Source: Candidatus Bathyarchaeota archaeon (lineage in GTDB: Archaea > Thermoproteota > Bathyarchaeia > Bathyarchaeales > Bathycorpusculaceae). Taken from it: a stretch of 64,000 nucleotides of DNA. The notes under the pieces are model-generated. The model searched no databases and was not told the origin of the DNA. It saw only the letters and a list, made by a program, of their open reading frames with translations. This document shows, in pieces, positions 51,901 to 60,418 of the stretch. The stretch is taken from the NCBI GenBank assembly GCA_963707955.1, contig OY970176.1, positions 352,001 through 416,000 of the forward strand, given 5' to 3'. The position numbers were made by a program, and so were the translations under genes. The first letter of the stretch is position 1; every line of letters starts with the position of its first letter.

Positions 51901-52058
51901 AGCCGCATCTACTTCAGATGAAAGAACTTGTCCGCGCAAAAACCGTGCATCTACAAGGAAGCCGCGCAGAAAAAGAGATGCAATGGCACGAGTCTCAACT
52001 GGACGAAAAGAAAGTCTCGATTGCAATCTCTCCAGGAACAGCGAAGCAACCATCGTAG
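48999..52058 (+). CDS. ileS: Isoleucine--tRNA ligase
   Basis: EGPP, HVGH, GWDCQGLPVE, WTTMPFTL, TGVVH, WCISRER.WG, EGVDQTRGW, KMSKS. Confidence 0.96.
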   Translation: MTAKFKTDSEKGLTVEYRPLELEEEIRRFWEENHTQQRLMEAKEKNNKGLLGYVEGPPTLNGVPHVGHARGRVMKDLRYRWKTMQGYYVPFWGGWDCQGLPVELEVERQLGVKNKREFLDRVGEEHFIQECKKAIMKYQKAWVEADRKLGIFMDHSRAYWTYLDSYIEREWQYLKHAWDQGLLEEGHYVVAYCPGCQTSLSNAEVGYEDTYQLVEDPSLYFKFKIADKPNEYFLVWTTMPFTLITDTMLAVRPEAEYARVQVGDEVWILVKQRVEPVMKELGIEKCTISATVTGKSLENTKYEYPFREIVPKQVELEKSHPSVHRVVCEDFVDVDTATGVVHLSPGNGEEDFFAAQKRGVPIFAPFDDEVKFTGEGGKFCGVFARDTDYMVIEELRTRGLLVEVKPVKHEYPTCWRSHHKLVWLARKEYFLRTDKINGKVLEAAEKVAYFYDETKNRFISFLKEGKPWCISRERVWGVPLPVWKCRECGTKTIVASKKELLERAIEKPRGEFELHKPWVDRITFKCQKCGGTMHREDFVLDTWHNSGASPYARFTDEEFSKYVPADFLTEGVDQTRGWANSLLLEYVILTGKAEAPYKAFLFQGLAQDANGRKMSKSLGNVIEANKLLEKYSADICRFYSLRKCSPIDFISFDPNELGRRTYQILSTLYHLNRFFLQNAEFDNFNPQRQTLQWARKGKQLRNPDFWLLSKLQETIDTYTAKLETCEFNLAVAVLEDFVIESLSRLYVPMVRKELWTDDSETLDRRLAVYATLWHALRTMTVLFNPVTPYLSEALHQKVYRKLDPELPESVNFESWPESDKKLRNKTLEEDFQTLFKCVSLVYSARQNAGLKRRWPLDKLVVVAPEKVCAALKSVEELFLELANVKAADYATGKAPQHATSEGWMFASEGDVQIFLDVHRDERLLGAGLMRDLARRVQALRKELGYVPTDILEAVYISELDEESIRLLEPHLLQMKELVRAKTVHLQGSRAEKEMQWHESQLDEKKVSIAISPGTAKQPS

Positions 52059-52326
52059 CGCGCGCCGAAGTTGAAGGTCTGATAAAAAAAGGTTCTACCG
52101 AACAAGACAAGATGAATGGCCATTTCAGAGAGAAGAACCGGATTGAACATATCTTGGGACGTTTGAGGCATCGCACATGAGCCGCTAGTTTGTTTCAAAA
52201 TCAAATTAGTGTTCTAGCGTAAGTCGTACCGTTCATCCTACAAGTGATTTCTGATCTTCGAGCGCCAGAAAAATGAGACCGAAAGCTATATCTTTTCTTA
52301 ATCGACGTTCCTTCCGAAAGAAGGTA

Positions 52327-52401
52327 GGGCCGGTAGTTCAGCCTGGTATGAACGCCGCATTCGCAATGCGGAAGTCGTGGGTTCAAATCCCGCCCGGTCC
52401 A
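52327..52401 (+). tRNA. tRNA-Ala (anticodon CGC)
   Basis: Acceptor GGGCCGG/CCGGTCC with G3:U70; anticodon arm CCGCA-TTCGCAA-TGCGG; T loop TTCAAAT; CCA not encoded. Confidence 0.95.
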
Positions 52402-52626
52402 CTGAACTCTCTTTTCTGAAAAGAGGTTTCATCGAGAAAATGGGCTTAGCGCGTGCGGTGACACCGGAGGCGGTTCTGACTCGGCTGCGATAGTTAAAGC
52501 AACATTGACAACTGACATGCTTGGCCCGCACGTATAAAAGAGATTGGAAATTCGTGAAATCTTCGATGCCCCCCTGGAAGAAATGGTGAAGATGAACACG
52601 TCAGTAGAGGTCAACTCCGAAAAGGT

Positions 52627-53421
52627 TTAGAACCATGATAGGGTTCCATTCTTTCTAGCAGTTCTTAGGCACCATGAGTAGATGAGATAGCCTAATGGCA
52701 GAATTATGGCGCACATGAGGGTTAACGTGAGGAGTTCCGGCAGAATCGTTTGTATGGACCGACCGATCATCATAAGCCTGATGCATGTGAAAAAATAGTA
52801 TTGCGGTACAAAGTAGGCGATTACCCGAAGCGGGTAAGGCATCACCTGAGGCGGGAAAAGAACGTTGCCAAAAACGCTTGTCAATATGCCCATCAGCCAC
52901 GTCACAGGGTCCCCTTGCTTTACCACTATCAGTATGCCTGCGCCTATCATACTGAAGCCTACGAGCGTGCTTATGCCTAACCCCAATACGAGCACTGTCC
53001 CGACGATGTTGACACTGAGCACGACCCCAAAGGCCAAGGAACCTACAGCCAAGTATATGACGACAACAACCGTGCTCCATATGAACCCCCAAGCGGAACT
53101 CCCGATAATGAAAGTGCCCAAGCCTGTCGGAGAAACCAAGACTTCCTCCAACTGCCATGGGGTAGCGGTAGCCTGAACGAGCGTAAGGGCCTGGCCTATG
53201 TACGTGCTGAAGGCGACGCCTATCACCAAGTAGTCTTTGAAGGAAATGTGGTACATTTCAAGGACACTCTGCATGCTTGCGTTGCTGCCCAAGTATGCGT
53301 ATGACAGCGCTCCGAAGAGGGCGCCTAATACCATGAGAGCCATGTTTGTTTTATAGGTAGAGAAGGATGTCATGTCTCTCTTTATGAAGTAGTAGATTTT
53401 TTCGAATTCTTGTAACTTCAT
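52627..53421 (-). CDS. ABC-2 type permease
   Basis: Six TM segments, LEEVLVSP, FPPQVMP; overlaps the ATPase stop. Confidence 0.85.
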   Translation of the reverse strand: MKLQEFEKIYYFIKRDMTSFSTYKTNMALMVLGALFGALSYAYLGSNASMQSVLEMYHISFKDYLVIGVAFSTYIGQALTLVQATATPWQLEEVLVSPTGLGTFIIGSSAWGFIWSTVVVVIYLAVGSLAFGVVLSVNIVGTVLVLGLGISTLVGFSMIGAGILIVVKQGDPVTWLMGILTSVFGNVLFPPQVMPYPLRVIAYFVPQYYFFTCIRLMMIGRSIQTILPELLTLTLMCAIILPLGYLIYSWCLRTARKNGTLSWF

Positions 53422-54452
53422 TTTTCCAAGCCTGTTCCGGTTAACTCTATGAAGGCGTCCTCCAACGTTGGTTCTTCCACCCTCAAATCAATCAACTGGA
53501 TTTTCTCTTTGAAGAAAAAGTCGAGAACCATCGGCAGTGAGCCTATGCTCTCAAGGTGGAGGCGCAAAAGCCGTTGGCCGAGCACGGAGTCTTCCACCTC
53601 ACTTACCATGTCGACCACGCCATCCATAGTTTTTATTGCTTCTATTTGGGCATCCGTGATGGACTTTAATCTTATTTCTACAACTTCACCCTTCTTTGTT
53701 ACACGCTTAATGGCGTCAGGGGTATCACAAGCGATGAGTTTTCCCTTGTTCAGTATGCCTATTCTGTCGCAGATTTGAGACGCCTCTTCAACATAATGCG
53801 TCGTGTACAGAACTGTTTTGCCGGCTTTTCTGCTAAGGTCGTTTCTTATGAACTCCCTCAAAGTCCTGGAAGATAACACGTCCAAGCCTACGGTCGGCTC
53901 GTCAAGAAGCAAAATGGGCGTATCTGGAAGTAACACCCTTGCCAAGGCCAGTTTTCTCTTCATCCCACCTGAATACCTCTGGTAGCGTTCAAAGGCCTTA
54001 TCCTTCAAACCCACCAAGTCTAAAACCTCCATAATTCTCTCATGCCTTTTGCTCTTCGGAACGTTGTAGATGGCGGAGAAGAACTCAAGGTTCTTGTAAC
54101 CGTTAAGCCTCCAGAACGCACCCCTTTCACCTACGCTGAAAAGGGCGCCTATCGACCTCTTAACATCCATTTGTTCGTGGACAACATCGAAACCGTTCAC
54201 GAAGGCGTTCCCCTCATCCGGAGGCAGCAAAGTGCACAGAACCTTCACCAACGTTGTTTTTCCAGCCCCATTAGGCCCGAGCAAACCAAACAATTCGCCT
54301 CTTCTGATTTCCAGGTTGAGATGGTCGACCGCCGTCACCATCTTAGGTTCTTTCCGATTGAAAAGGGAGCTTCGAGCCTCTGAATTCCCGTCCCTCGACT
54401 TGAATAACTTAGTCAGATCATGCGTTTCTATGGCTACGCCCGAATTCATCAA
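53418..54452 (-). CDS. ABC transporter ATP-binding protein
   Basis: GPNGAGKTT, YSGGM, LLDEP, TTH, PTLEDAF. Confidence 0.92.
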   Translation of the reverse strand: MMNSGVAIETHDLTKLFKSRDGNSEARSSLFNRKEPKMVTAVDHLNLEIRRGELFGLLGPNGAGKTTLVKVLCTLLPPDEGNAFVNGFDVVHEQMDVKRSIGALFSVGERGAFWRLNGYKNLEFFSAIYNVPKSKRHERIMEVLDLVGLKDKAFERYQRYSGGMKRKLALARVLLPDTPILLLDEPTVGLDVLSSRTLREFIRNDLSRKAGKTVLYTTHYVEEASQICDRIGILNKGKLIACDTPDAIKRVTKKGEVVEIRLKSITDAQIEAIKTMDGVVDMVSEVEDSVLGQRLLRLHLESIGSLPMVLDFFFKEKIQLIDLRVEEPTLEDAFIELTGTGLEK

Positions 54453-55313
54453 GCCTCAAGTCTCTGACCGCAATCCCCTTTCCATCAGAAATCATGAGCC
54501 ATCACCCTTAAAGCTTGCCCCATACAAGCCGACAATGCACACCTGCCTCCCCCTAAAGCGCGCGCTTCCTCTGCGAGACCATAATGAGTTATCATACCCC
54601 TAGTTCTTCCAGGTCTTACGGGATTGTCAGAGAGCAACGCGCGGCTAGTGAAATCATCACATGCAACGGAGCAAAGAGCCTTTTGAATTCGAGAATATGC
54701 CACGTGGCATAAGGAAACGACGCGCGCTAATGCTTAGCTGAAACTTGGAAAAGTCTAGTTATTTTGCTATCGGTTAACCGAAGTGAAAAAATTAAAGAAA
54801 GGAAAATTGTTGAGGCAAAGCAGGATTAATGAGACAAACCATGTGTTATATGAGCATTGGTTCCAGCAGTAGCTGCCGCCCTTAGAAACACAGTTCTCGC
54901 ATTCGAGTCTATCAAAAAACTTGATTATTTCAACCCCCCTATTATTCTAACCGTTGAACTTCCATTTTTACTTTATGGTATTTCGCTCAATATTCAGAGG
55001 CAGCAGTGTGCAAGAGCCAAGACAACGCCAATAGTGGTGACTAGTTAGTTACTTTGCACAGCAGTTCTTTTTCAAGCGTGTCTTCTTCTATCTTCAAGGT
55101 TCTAAGCTCGTCCTTTTTCAGTATGGCCTTCAGTTCGCAGCGCGCGCCTGGCAACGGTCCAACGCGCGTTTCTTATCTCGAAGATTTCGCCTAGGCGAAC
55201 AGTTCTGAGCGCGCTTCATGTTTGCAGATTATTAGGGATCTGCAGGTAAGATTTTTAAGACTGGGGCAGAATGAGTTGCCTTCATCAGAACCGAAAATTA
55301 GGAGTGATTAGAC

Positions 55314-56342
55314 GTGTCCGCAACGGAAGCTGGAACCACGATGTCTTCTATCATTGTGAAGGTTGAGAATCTCTCGAAGATTTTTGGCAAGTTGAAGGCC
55401 GTCGACAACGTAAGTTTTGAAATCAAAGAAGGGGAGATCTTCGGTTTCGTCGGCCCCAACGGGGCTGGCAAGACCACAACTATCAACATGCTCACGACCC
55501 TGCTTAAACCTACATCGGGGAACGCGGTGGTCTGCGGCTACGACATATTCAAGCAGCCGAACGAGGTGCGAAGAAATGTTGGCGTTGTGCCTCAGGAGTA
55601 TACGGCTGACGAGGACATGACTGGAATTAACAACGTCCTTCTCTGCGCTGATCTTTACGGCATACCGAGAAGTGATTCCAAGCCACACGCAGAAGAGCTA
55701 CTCAAGCTGGTAGAGCTTCAAGACGCTGCAAAAAGGAAGGTGAGCACCTACTCCGGAGGAATGCGCAGAAGACTGGAGCTCGCCTGCGGCTTGATCAATT
55801 ATCCAAAACTGCTGTTTCTGGATGAACCAACCCTCGGGCTCGACGTTCAAACACGCACCGTGGTCTGGAAGTATATCAAAATGCTAAAAACCGAATACCA
55901 CATGACTCTTTTTATGACAACCCACTACCTTGAAGAGGCTGACACACTCTGCGAGAGAATTGCCATAATCGATCACGGCAAAATCATAAAAATTGGCTCA
56001 CCCGAAGAGCTGAAGGAAAGCATTGGCGGAGACGTCATTGTGGTCACCCTCAAGGAAACAGAGCCGGACATTTCATCCGAGATTGCTGACATCAAACTGG
56101 TAAACGACGTTCAGAAGAACGACAAGAATTATCGCATCAAGGTGCAGCTCGGAGAGGAAGCTTCTCCGCAAATTACGGATCTGATTCGATCCAAAGGGCT
56201 TCACGTGACGAAAATCTCGTTGACAAAGCCAACCTTGGACGAGGCATACTTGGAATTCACTGGTCGCAACCTAAGAGAAGAAGAAGCTGACAGGATGCAG
56301 CTGTTTAGACAACGCGCAACGGTGAGAAGAGCAAGATCGTAG
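55314..56342 (+). CDS. ABC exporter ATP-binding protein (DrrA-like)
   Basis: GPNGAGKTT, YSGGMRRRLE, FLDEPT, TTHY, PTLDE. Confidence 0.92.
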   Translation: MSATEAGTTMSSIIVKVENLSKIFGKLKAVDNVSFEIKEGEIFGFVGPNGAGKTTTINMLTTLLKPTSGNAVVCGYDIFKQPNEVRRNVGVVPQEYTADEDMTGINNVLLCADLYGIPRSDSKPHAEELLKLVELQDAAKRKVSTYSGGMRRRLELACGLINYPKLLFLDEPTLGLDVQTRTVVWKYIKMLKTEYHMTLFMTTHYLEEADTLCERIAIIDHGKIIKIGSPEELKESIGGDVIVVTLKETEPDISSEIADIKLVNDVQKNDKNYRIKVQLGEEASPQITDLIRSKGLHVTKISLTKPTLDEAYLEFTGRNLREEEADRMQLFRQRATVRRARS

Positions 56343-56354
56343 CGGTGACAGAGT

Positions 56355-57281
56355 ATGGAAAAAATCAAACCGACAAAAAGCAAAGAGGCAGTACGAGAAG
56401 AACAGCCCAGAGTGGTTTCTGCAGAAAAGCAGAGGAATGGCAGAGCTTCTCCTAAACTGAGCAGGAGCCCCGTGCATGGATTATGGGCGTTGACGAACAG
56501 AGATTTGAGAAAGTGGTACACGAACCCAGTCCAGCTATTCACATCGTTAATCCAGCCGGTGGTCTGGCTTGCACTGTTCGGTAAAGCCTTAAACTTTGGA
56601 ACATTTATTTCTGGATCAGGAGCTTCGGTGGCCGAGCAAAACGCAATTCTGTTGAACTATTTTGGTACAACTAGCTACTTTTCATTCTTAGGTTGTGGAA
56701 TGCTTGCTTTCGTTGTCCTGTTCACTTCCGCGTTCAGCGGAATGTCAGTCGTGTTTGACCGCAGGTTCGGTTTCCTGAACAAGGCCCTTAGCACGCCTGT
56801 GGCGCGCGGAGCGATTGTGATGGGAAAAGTCCTCCAAAGTGTGGGCAGGTCACTGATTCAATCGGCCATAGTTCTGGTGATCGCAGTAATACTCGGGATG
56901 GAGACGGCTCATTTCACCGTCCTCGGCATTGCAGGCGCATTCGTCATCATCTTCCTCATGGCCACGGGATTGTCTGCATTATTCACGATGCTCGCGTTGA
57001 GATCAAGTGATTGGCAGACGCAAGTGGCCATCATCAACCTGATAAACCTGCCACTGCTGTTCGCTAGCAACGCACTGTTCCCAGTAAAGATCATGCCGAC
57101 TTGGCTTCAAGACATCGTGAAAGTCAACCCGGTCAGTTACGCTAATGATGCAGTGAGACAACTGCTGATAGGCGCGACGGGCATGAGCAGTCTTTGGCTG
57201 GACTTTGCGGTCTTGATTGGATTCGCCTTTGTGTTATCTGCAATTGGAATCGTCCTCTCTTGGAGACTCCTCTCCAAGTAG
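56355..57281 (+). CDS. ABC-2 permease (DrrB-like)
   Basis: LIQPVVWL, DRRFGF, PLLFAS.ALFP, NPVSY. Confidence 0.9.
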   Translation: MEKIKPTKSKEAVREEQPRVVSAEKQRNGRASPKLSRSPVHGLWALTNRDLRKWYTNPVQLFTSLIQPVVWLALFGKALNFGTFISGSGASVAEQNAILLNYFGTTSYFSFLGCGMLAFVVLFTSAFSGMSVVFDRRFGFLNKALSTPVARGAIVMGKVLQSVGRSLIQSAIVLVIAVILGMETAHFTVLGIAGAFVIIFLMATGLSALFTMLALRSSDWQTQVAIINLINLPLLFASNALFPVKIMPTWLQDIVKVNPVSYANDAVRQLLIGATGMSSLWLDFAVLIGFAFVLSAIGIVLSWRLLSK

Positions 57282-57464
57282 CCCCGACGCAGGAGCGCTC
57301 TCAAACAGGAGCTGCAACAGCAGGCCTAATCGGAGGAGTATCAGCAGTCGGAACGGGAGGTTTCCTTGTGCGCGCGCTCATAAGATACTAAGCAAACCGA
57401 TTAAGGAATAGGCATGCCCGCGTTCCTGAACATTTCAGTTCAACAAATGAGGATGCTACCGCGA

Positions 57465-57485
57465 AAAAAGAGAAAAAAGGGGTGT
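57465..57485 (-). terminator. Archaeal oligo-T terminator of the G1 peptidase gene
   Basis: rc CACCCCTTTTTTCTCTTTTTT just after the stop codon. Confidence 0.5.
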
Positions 57486-57498
57486 TGGCTCGCTAAAC

Positions 57499-58341
57499 TC
57501 ATGGACCTGCGCTTGCCCACGTAACGGAGAAGCTTGATCCATCAGTGGACAATAGTGATGGCACAGCTTTGGGGACGATAGTGTAGCCGTGTGTGCGGAA
57601 GTTATATGCAAGGGTAGCCATCGTTATCGTTTGAACGTTTAAGCCAAAGGATCCGATGTACCCCGTAACTCCGCCTATGGTGGCATAACAGGTTCCTGCA
57701 ACGTTTGTGTAATCTTGGCCAAAGTTTACCGTACCGAAGTTTGCAAGCGGCAAAACTCCTCTGTAGGATGATGGGGCCTCTGCGATCCATTCAGCTGAGG
57801 ATTCCGTGGCACCTGAAACTGTAGTCGGTTTACTGGTCCAAGAAGTTGATTTACTTGTAGTAGGATTAGTATCTGTTATAGAAACCACAAATTTGCTGCT
57901 CTGGTATGTCACGGTTGCAGAGATTACATCGCCCGGAGATATTGACAGTGCGGTTATTTGATACATTGGGTTCGGATAGAACTCATACCAAGCGTAGTAC
58001 AATGCTCTTCCATTCTGGATGTCGGAATCGGTTCCTATTTGCTCTACAGTATTTGAGCTGAAACCGTCAATGCCTACCCAGAAGGACGAATATGCAGTTG
58101 TTCTCCTATTGCCGGTGACTGTGGGGACTGTCCATGATCCTTGAACCGAAGTCACTGAGCCTGTTGAACCTGTTACGGCGTATCCGCTCCAATTGGTGCT
58201 GTACCAGCTGCTGCCATTGATGCTTTCTGTACTCATTCCCTGAGCCGTTATTAGGCTTGAGAGAGCTAATGCAGGGCAAAACAAGGCTAATAGTACGAGC
58301 GAGCCTACGAAAAATGTAGTTAGTGCAGTTGAGGTTTTCAT
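57499..58341 (-). CDS. Secreted glutamic peptidase, family G1 (eqolisin)
   Basis: STNWSGY, WVGIDG, catalytic-type EQIGT and SAEWIAEAP, AWYEFYP; signal peptide. Confidence 0.88.
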   Translation of the reverse strand: MKTSTALTTFFVGSLVLLALFCPALALSSLITAQGMSTESINGSSWYSTNWSGYAVTGSTGSVTSVQGSWTVPTVTGNRRTTAYSSFWVGIDGFSSNTVEQIGTDSDIQNGRALYYAWYEFYPNPMYQITALSISPGDVISATVTYQSSKFVVSITDTNPTTSKSTSWTSKPTTVSGATESSAEWIAEAPSSYRGVLPLANFGTVNFGQDYTNVAGTCYATIGGVTGYIGSFGLNVQTITMATLAYNFRTHGYTIVPKAVPSLLSTDGSSFSVTWASAGP

Positions 58342-59076
58342 AAAACTTCATCCTTTTCTTGTCTATAATTACACTGCAAGGACAGCCGCGTGGCTGGATA
58401 TAAATTTTTTTCAGAATTCGGCTGGGTCGCGCGTTGCCTTGTCCCCAAAATGGTTAAAAATGGTTACAAGTCCGTTTTTGCCTATTTAAACCTATAATGG
58501 AATTCTTTGAGCAACGCATTTCGGCTACCCTCAAAGACGGCAAACCGAGTTCACCGTGCTTCTGGGCGAAGTGGGTTTTACCCATAACACTTTGCAACAA
58601 CATCTTCACGGTTAGCAACTTGAGGCCTTGTTGTTAAGGAGAAAATGGCTTCAAACAATCTAGGAAGACGCCAATTCACCTACCACGTTCAATCTGCAGC
58701 AGCAAAGCAGGTGACGGCTGCACTTCAAAACCAGCGCGCGCTACGCGTTTTTTATTACAGTAGCATCGCCAGTCTGCTGCTTTGGTTCCTCGGTGCCTAA
58801 TGGAAGGAGTCAAACACGCGTGCGGACTGTGAGGGTGGCGACGTGAAACATGATTGTTTCTCCCATCTCCCCCTTAGCGAGGTGAGCATGGTGCCGCCAA
58901 CGAGATGAAGAATCCGCACGCGCCAAGTAAACTCTCGATAACATCAGACATATGCGTTCTGGAACGCAACTATAGAAAATTCATCTAGAACCTAGATCTA
59001 TTGCGCCAACCACTTCTTGGGACAAATCAGCGCAGGCGTGGCAGGGAGCATTCGTGAACTGAGGAAGAAAGAAAAG

Positions 59077-59517
59077 TCATTCGCCCGGCAAGGGCACGAT
59101 AGGCAGCCTATTTTCTTTCGGTGAGTATGTCGGAATATACGCGTAGGGTTCCTCTCCGCCTGGATAAACCCGTCCATCAGGAGGAAGCACGTTCACACTT
59201 GTCGGATCGTTTCCTGAAGTCTGGGACATGTTCTGACCATTTGGTGTTCCGACGGGAACGCCGTTAGGAACAGTCTCATTGGTGCTCTTCGAGTTTCCTT
59301 CAGGCAAATTTCCGCCTCCTCTTTGTCCCCCACTAGAATTAGTGTCCACATTTTCCTTGCTAGGCGAAGCGTTGCCGATTACAGTCTCGTTCGGCTGACT
59401 ACTGGTCTCTATGAGTTTTTCCTCGGACGTTTGTTTGATCTTTGCAGTTAGGCACGTTGAACTCGCAGCAAGTAGAACTGTCACAAGCATTAGGACAAGA
59501 ACCACTAATATTTTCAT
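59077..59517 (-). CDS. Secreted low-complexity hypothetical protein
   Basis: Signal peptide followed by N/S/G/P-rich sequence. Confidence 0.6.
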   Translation of the reverse strand: MKILVVLVLMLVTVLLAASSTCLTAKIKQTSEEKLIETSSQPNETVIGNASPSKENVDTNSSGGQRGGGNLPEGNSKSTNETVPNGVPVGTPNGQNMSQTSGNDPTSVNVLPPDGRVYPGGEEPYAYIPTYSPKENRLPIVPLPGE

Positions 59518-59597
59518 CCTGTTCTTCTCATGTATAAATAGAGCGTTCTCTCTAGAAAAAGATTGCCCTTGTTTTGATGTTACGCGTCAGCTACGCA

Positions 59598-60209
59598 TCA
59601 GCTGCGCTTTCTAGGTCTTTGCTGAGGGTAAAAGAATGCAGAGACTATTGCTCCAAAAACAGCTGTTCCTAAACCTACGTACGCGAAATTTGAGTTTATC
59701 AGGGCTGCTTGGTATGGGACTCCGTATGTCTGGATTTCGGTCCAGGCTTTGGTCACGTTTGCTATGATCTGAATGGGGGAATCAGAGGATGCATTTCGAG
59801 CGAGAAATATGAGGTAGTAGCTTCCAGGTTGTGCTAATCTGACTGTTGGGCTCCAGGTTGTGTTGACAGAATTAGTATCTTCCAGAGATAGGTAGGTTAC
59901 GTCTGGTTGATCTGGCTGGATCGCGTGAGTTGGGTCTGTGAAGTTGGCTATTGAGAAGTTGAAATTTCCGTTGCCTGCTGCAAGAATGTTCAGTTTCTGA
60001 CCAATACTAATTTGAAATTGCACCATTTTGTCTTGTGATTGGTGTATTTCGAAGGAATAGTCCATGATGATTTGGGACTTTGGAACTTCCTGGATCTCGT
60101 CTCGCGCAAAGGTGAAAACAGGTCTCGAACAAATAGCCAAGGCAGCTCCCACCAAAATCAAGATAAGTCCAGCCAGAAATGCTCGCGAGCGCATTTTCTT
60201 ACGGACCAT
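59598..60209 (-). CDS. Membrane protein with extracellular beta domain
   Basis: N- and C-terminal TM segments; GSYYLIF. Confidence 0.65.
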   Translation of the reverse strand: MVRKKMRSRAFLAGLILILVGAALAICSRPVFTFARDEIQEVPKSQIIMDYSFEIHQSQDKMVQFQISIGQKLNILAAGNGNFNFSIANFTDPTHAIQPDQPDVTYLSLEDTNSVNTTWSPTVRLAQPGSYYLIFLARNASSDSPIQIIANVTKAWTEIQTYGVPYQAALINSNFAYVGLGTAVFGAIVSAFFYPQQRPRKRS

Positions 60210-60418
60210 ACTACAAAACCACTTTGAGTCGTCTTCAATGAATTAATAAAATATGGAATCCTCGAAAATAAACGTGTTTGTTTCACAGTAGGCGACTTTC
60301 CTTTCTAGCTAGTAGAAGCTAAATATGCCTACAAATCGCATAGAAGAAGGTTCCACAAAATTCAAATGCAAAGAACGCTCTATGTTTCTATGCCTAAATA
60401 AAATAGGAGAAGGGAAAA

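Larger units (their letters stand above)
18826..58741. repeat. Highly iterated palindrome (CG)4-5 / TAGCGCGC(GC)TA at gene boundaries
   Basis: About 25 runs of 8 nt or more, e.g. 27225, 30255, 32018, 32107, 34081, 34203, 39975, 42575, 43194, 44203, 47533, 48883, 52058, 57370, 58734. Confidence 0.9.

Noticed and set aside
52327-52401. tRNA-Ala as an integration site (att duplication)
   Set aside because: No second copy of the tRNA 3' end and no integrase were found by eye in this window.
27000-59000. Classical integron cassette array
   Set aside because: No integrase is present, genes are in mixed orientation with their own promoter-like regions, and no consistent RYYYAAC...GTTRRRY attC hairpins were seen.
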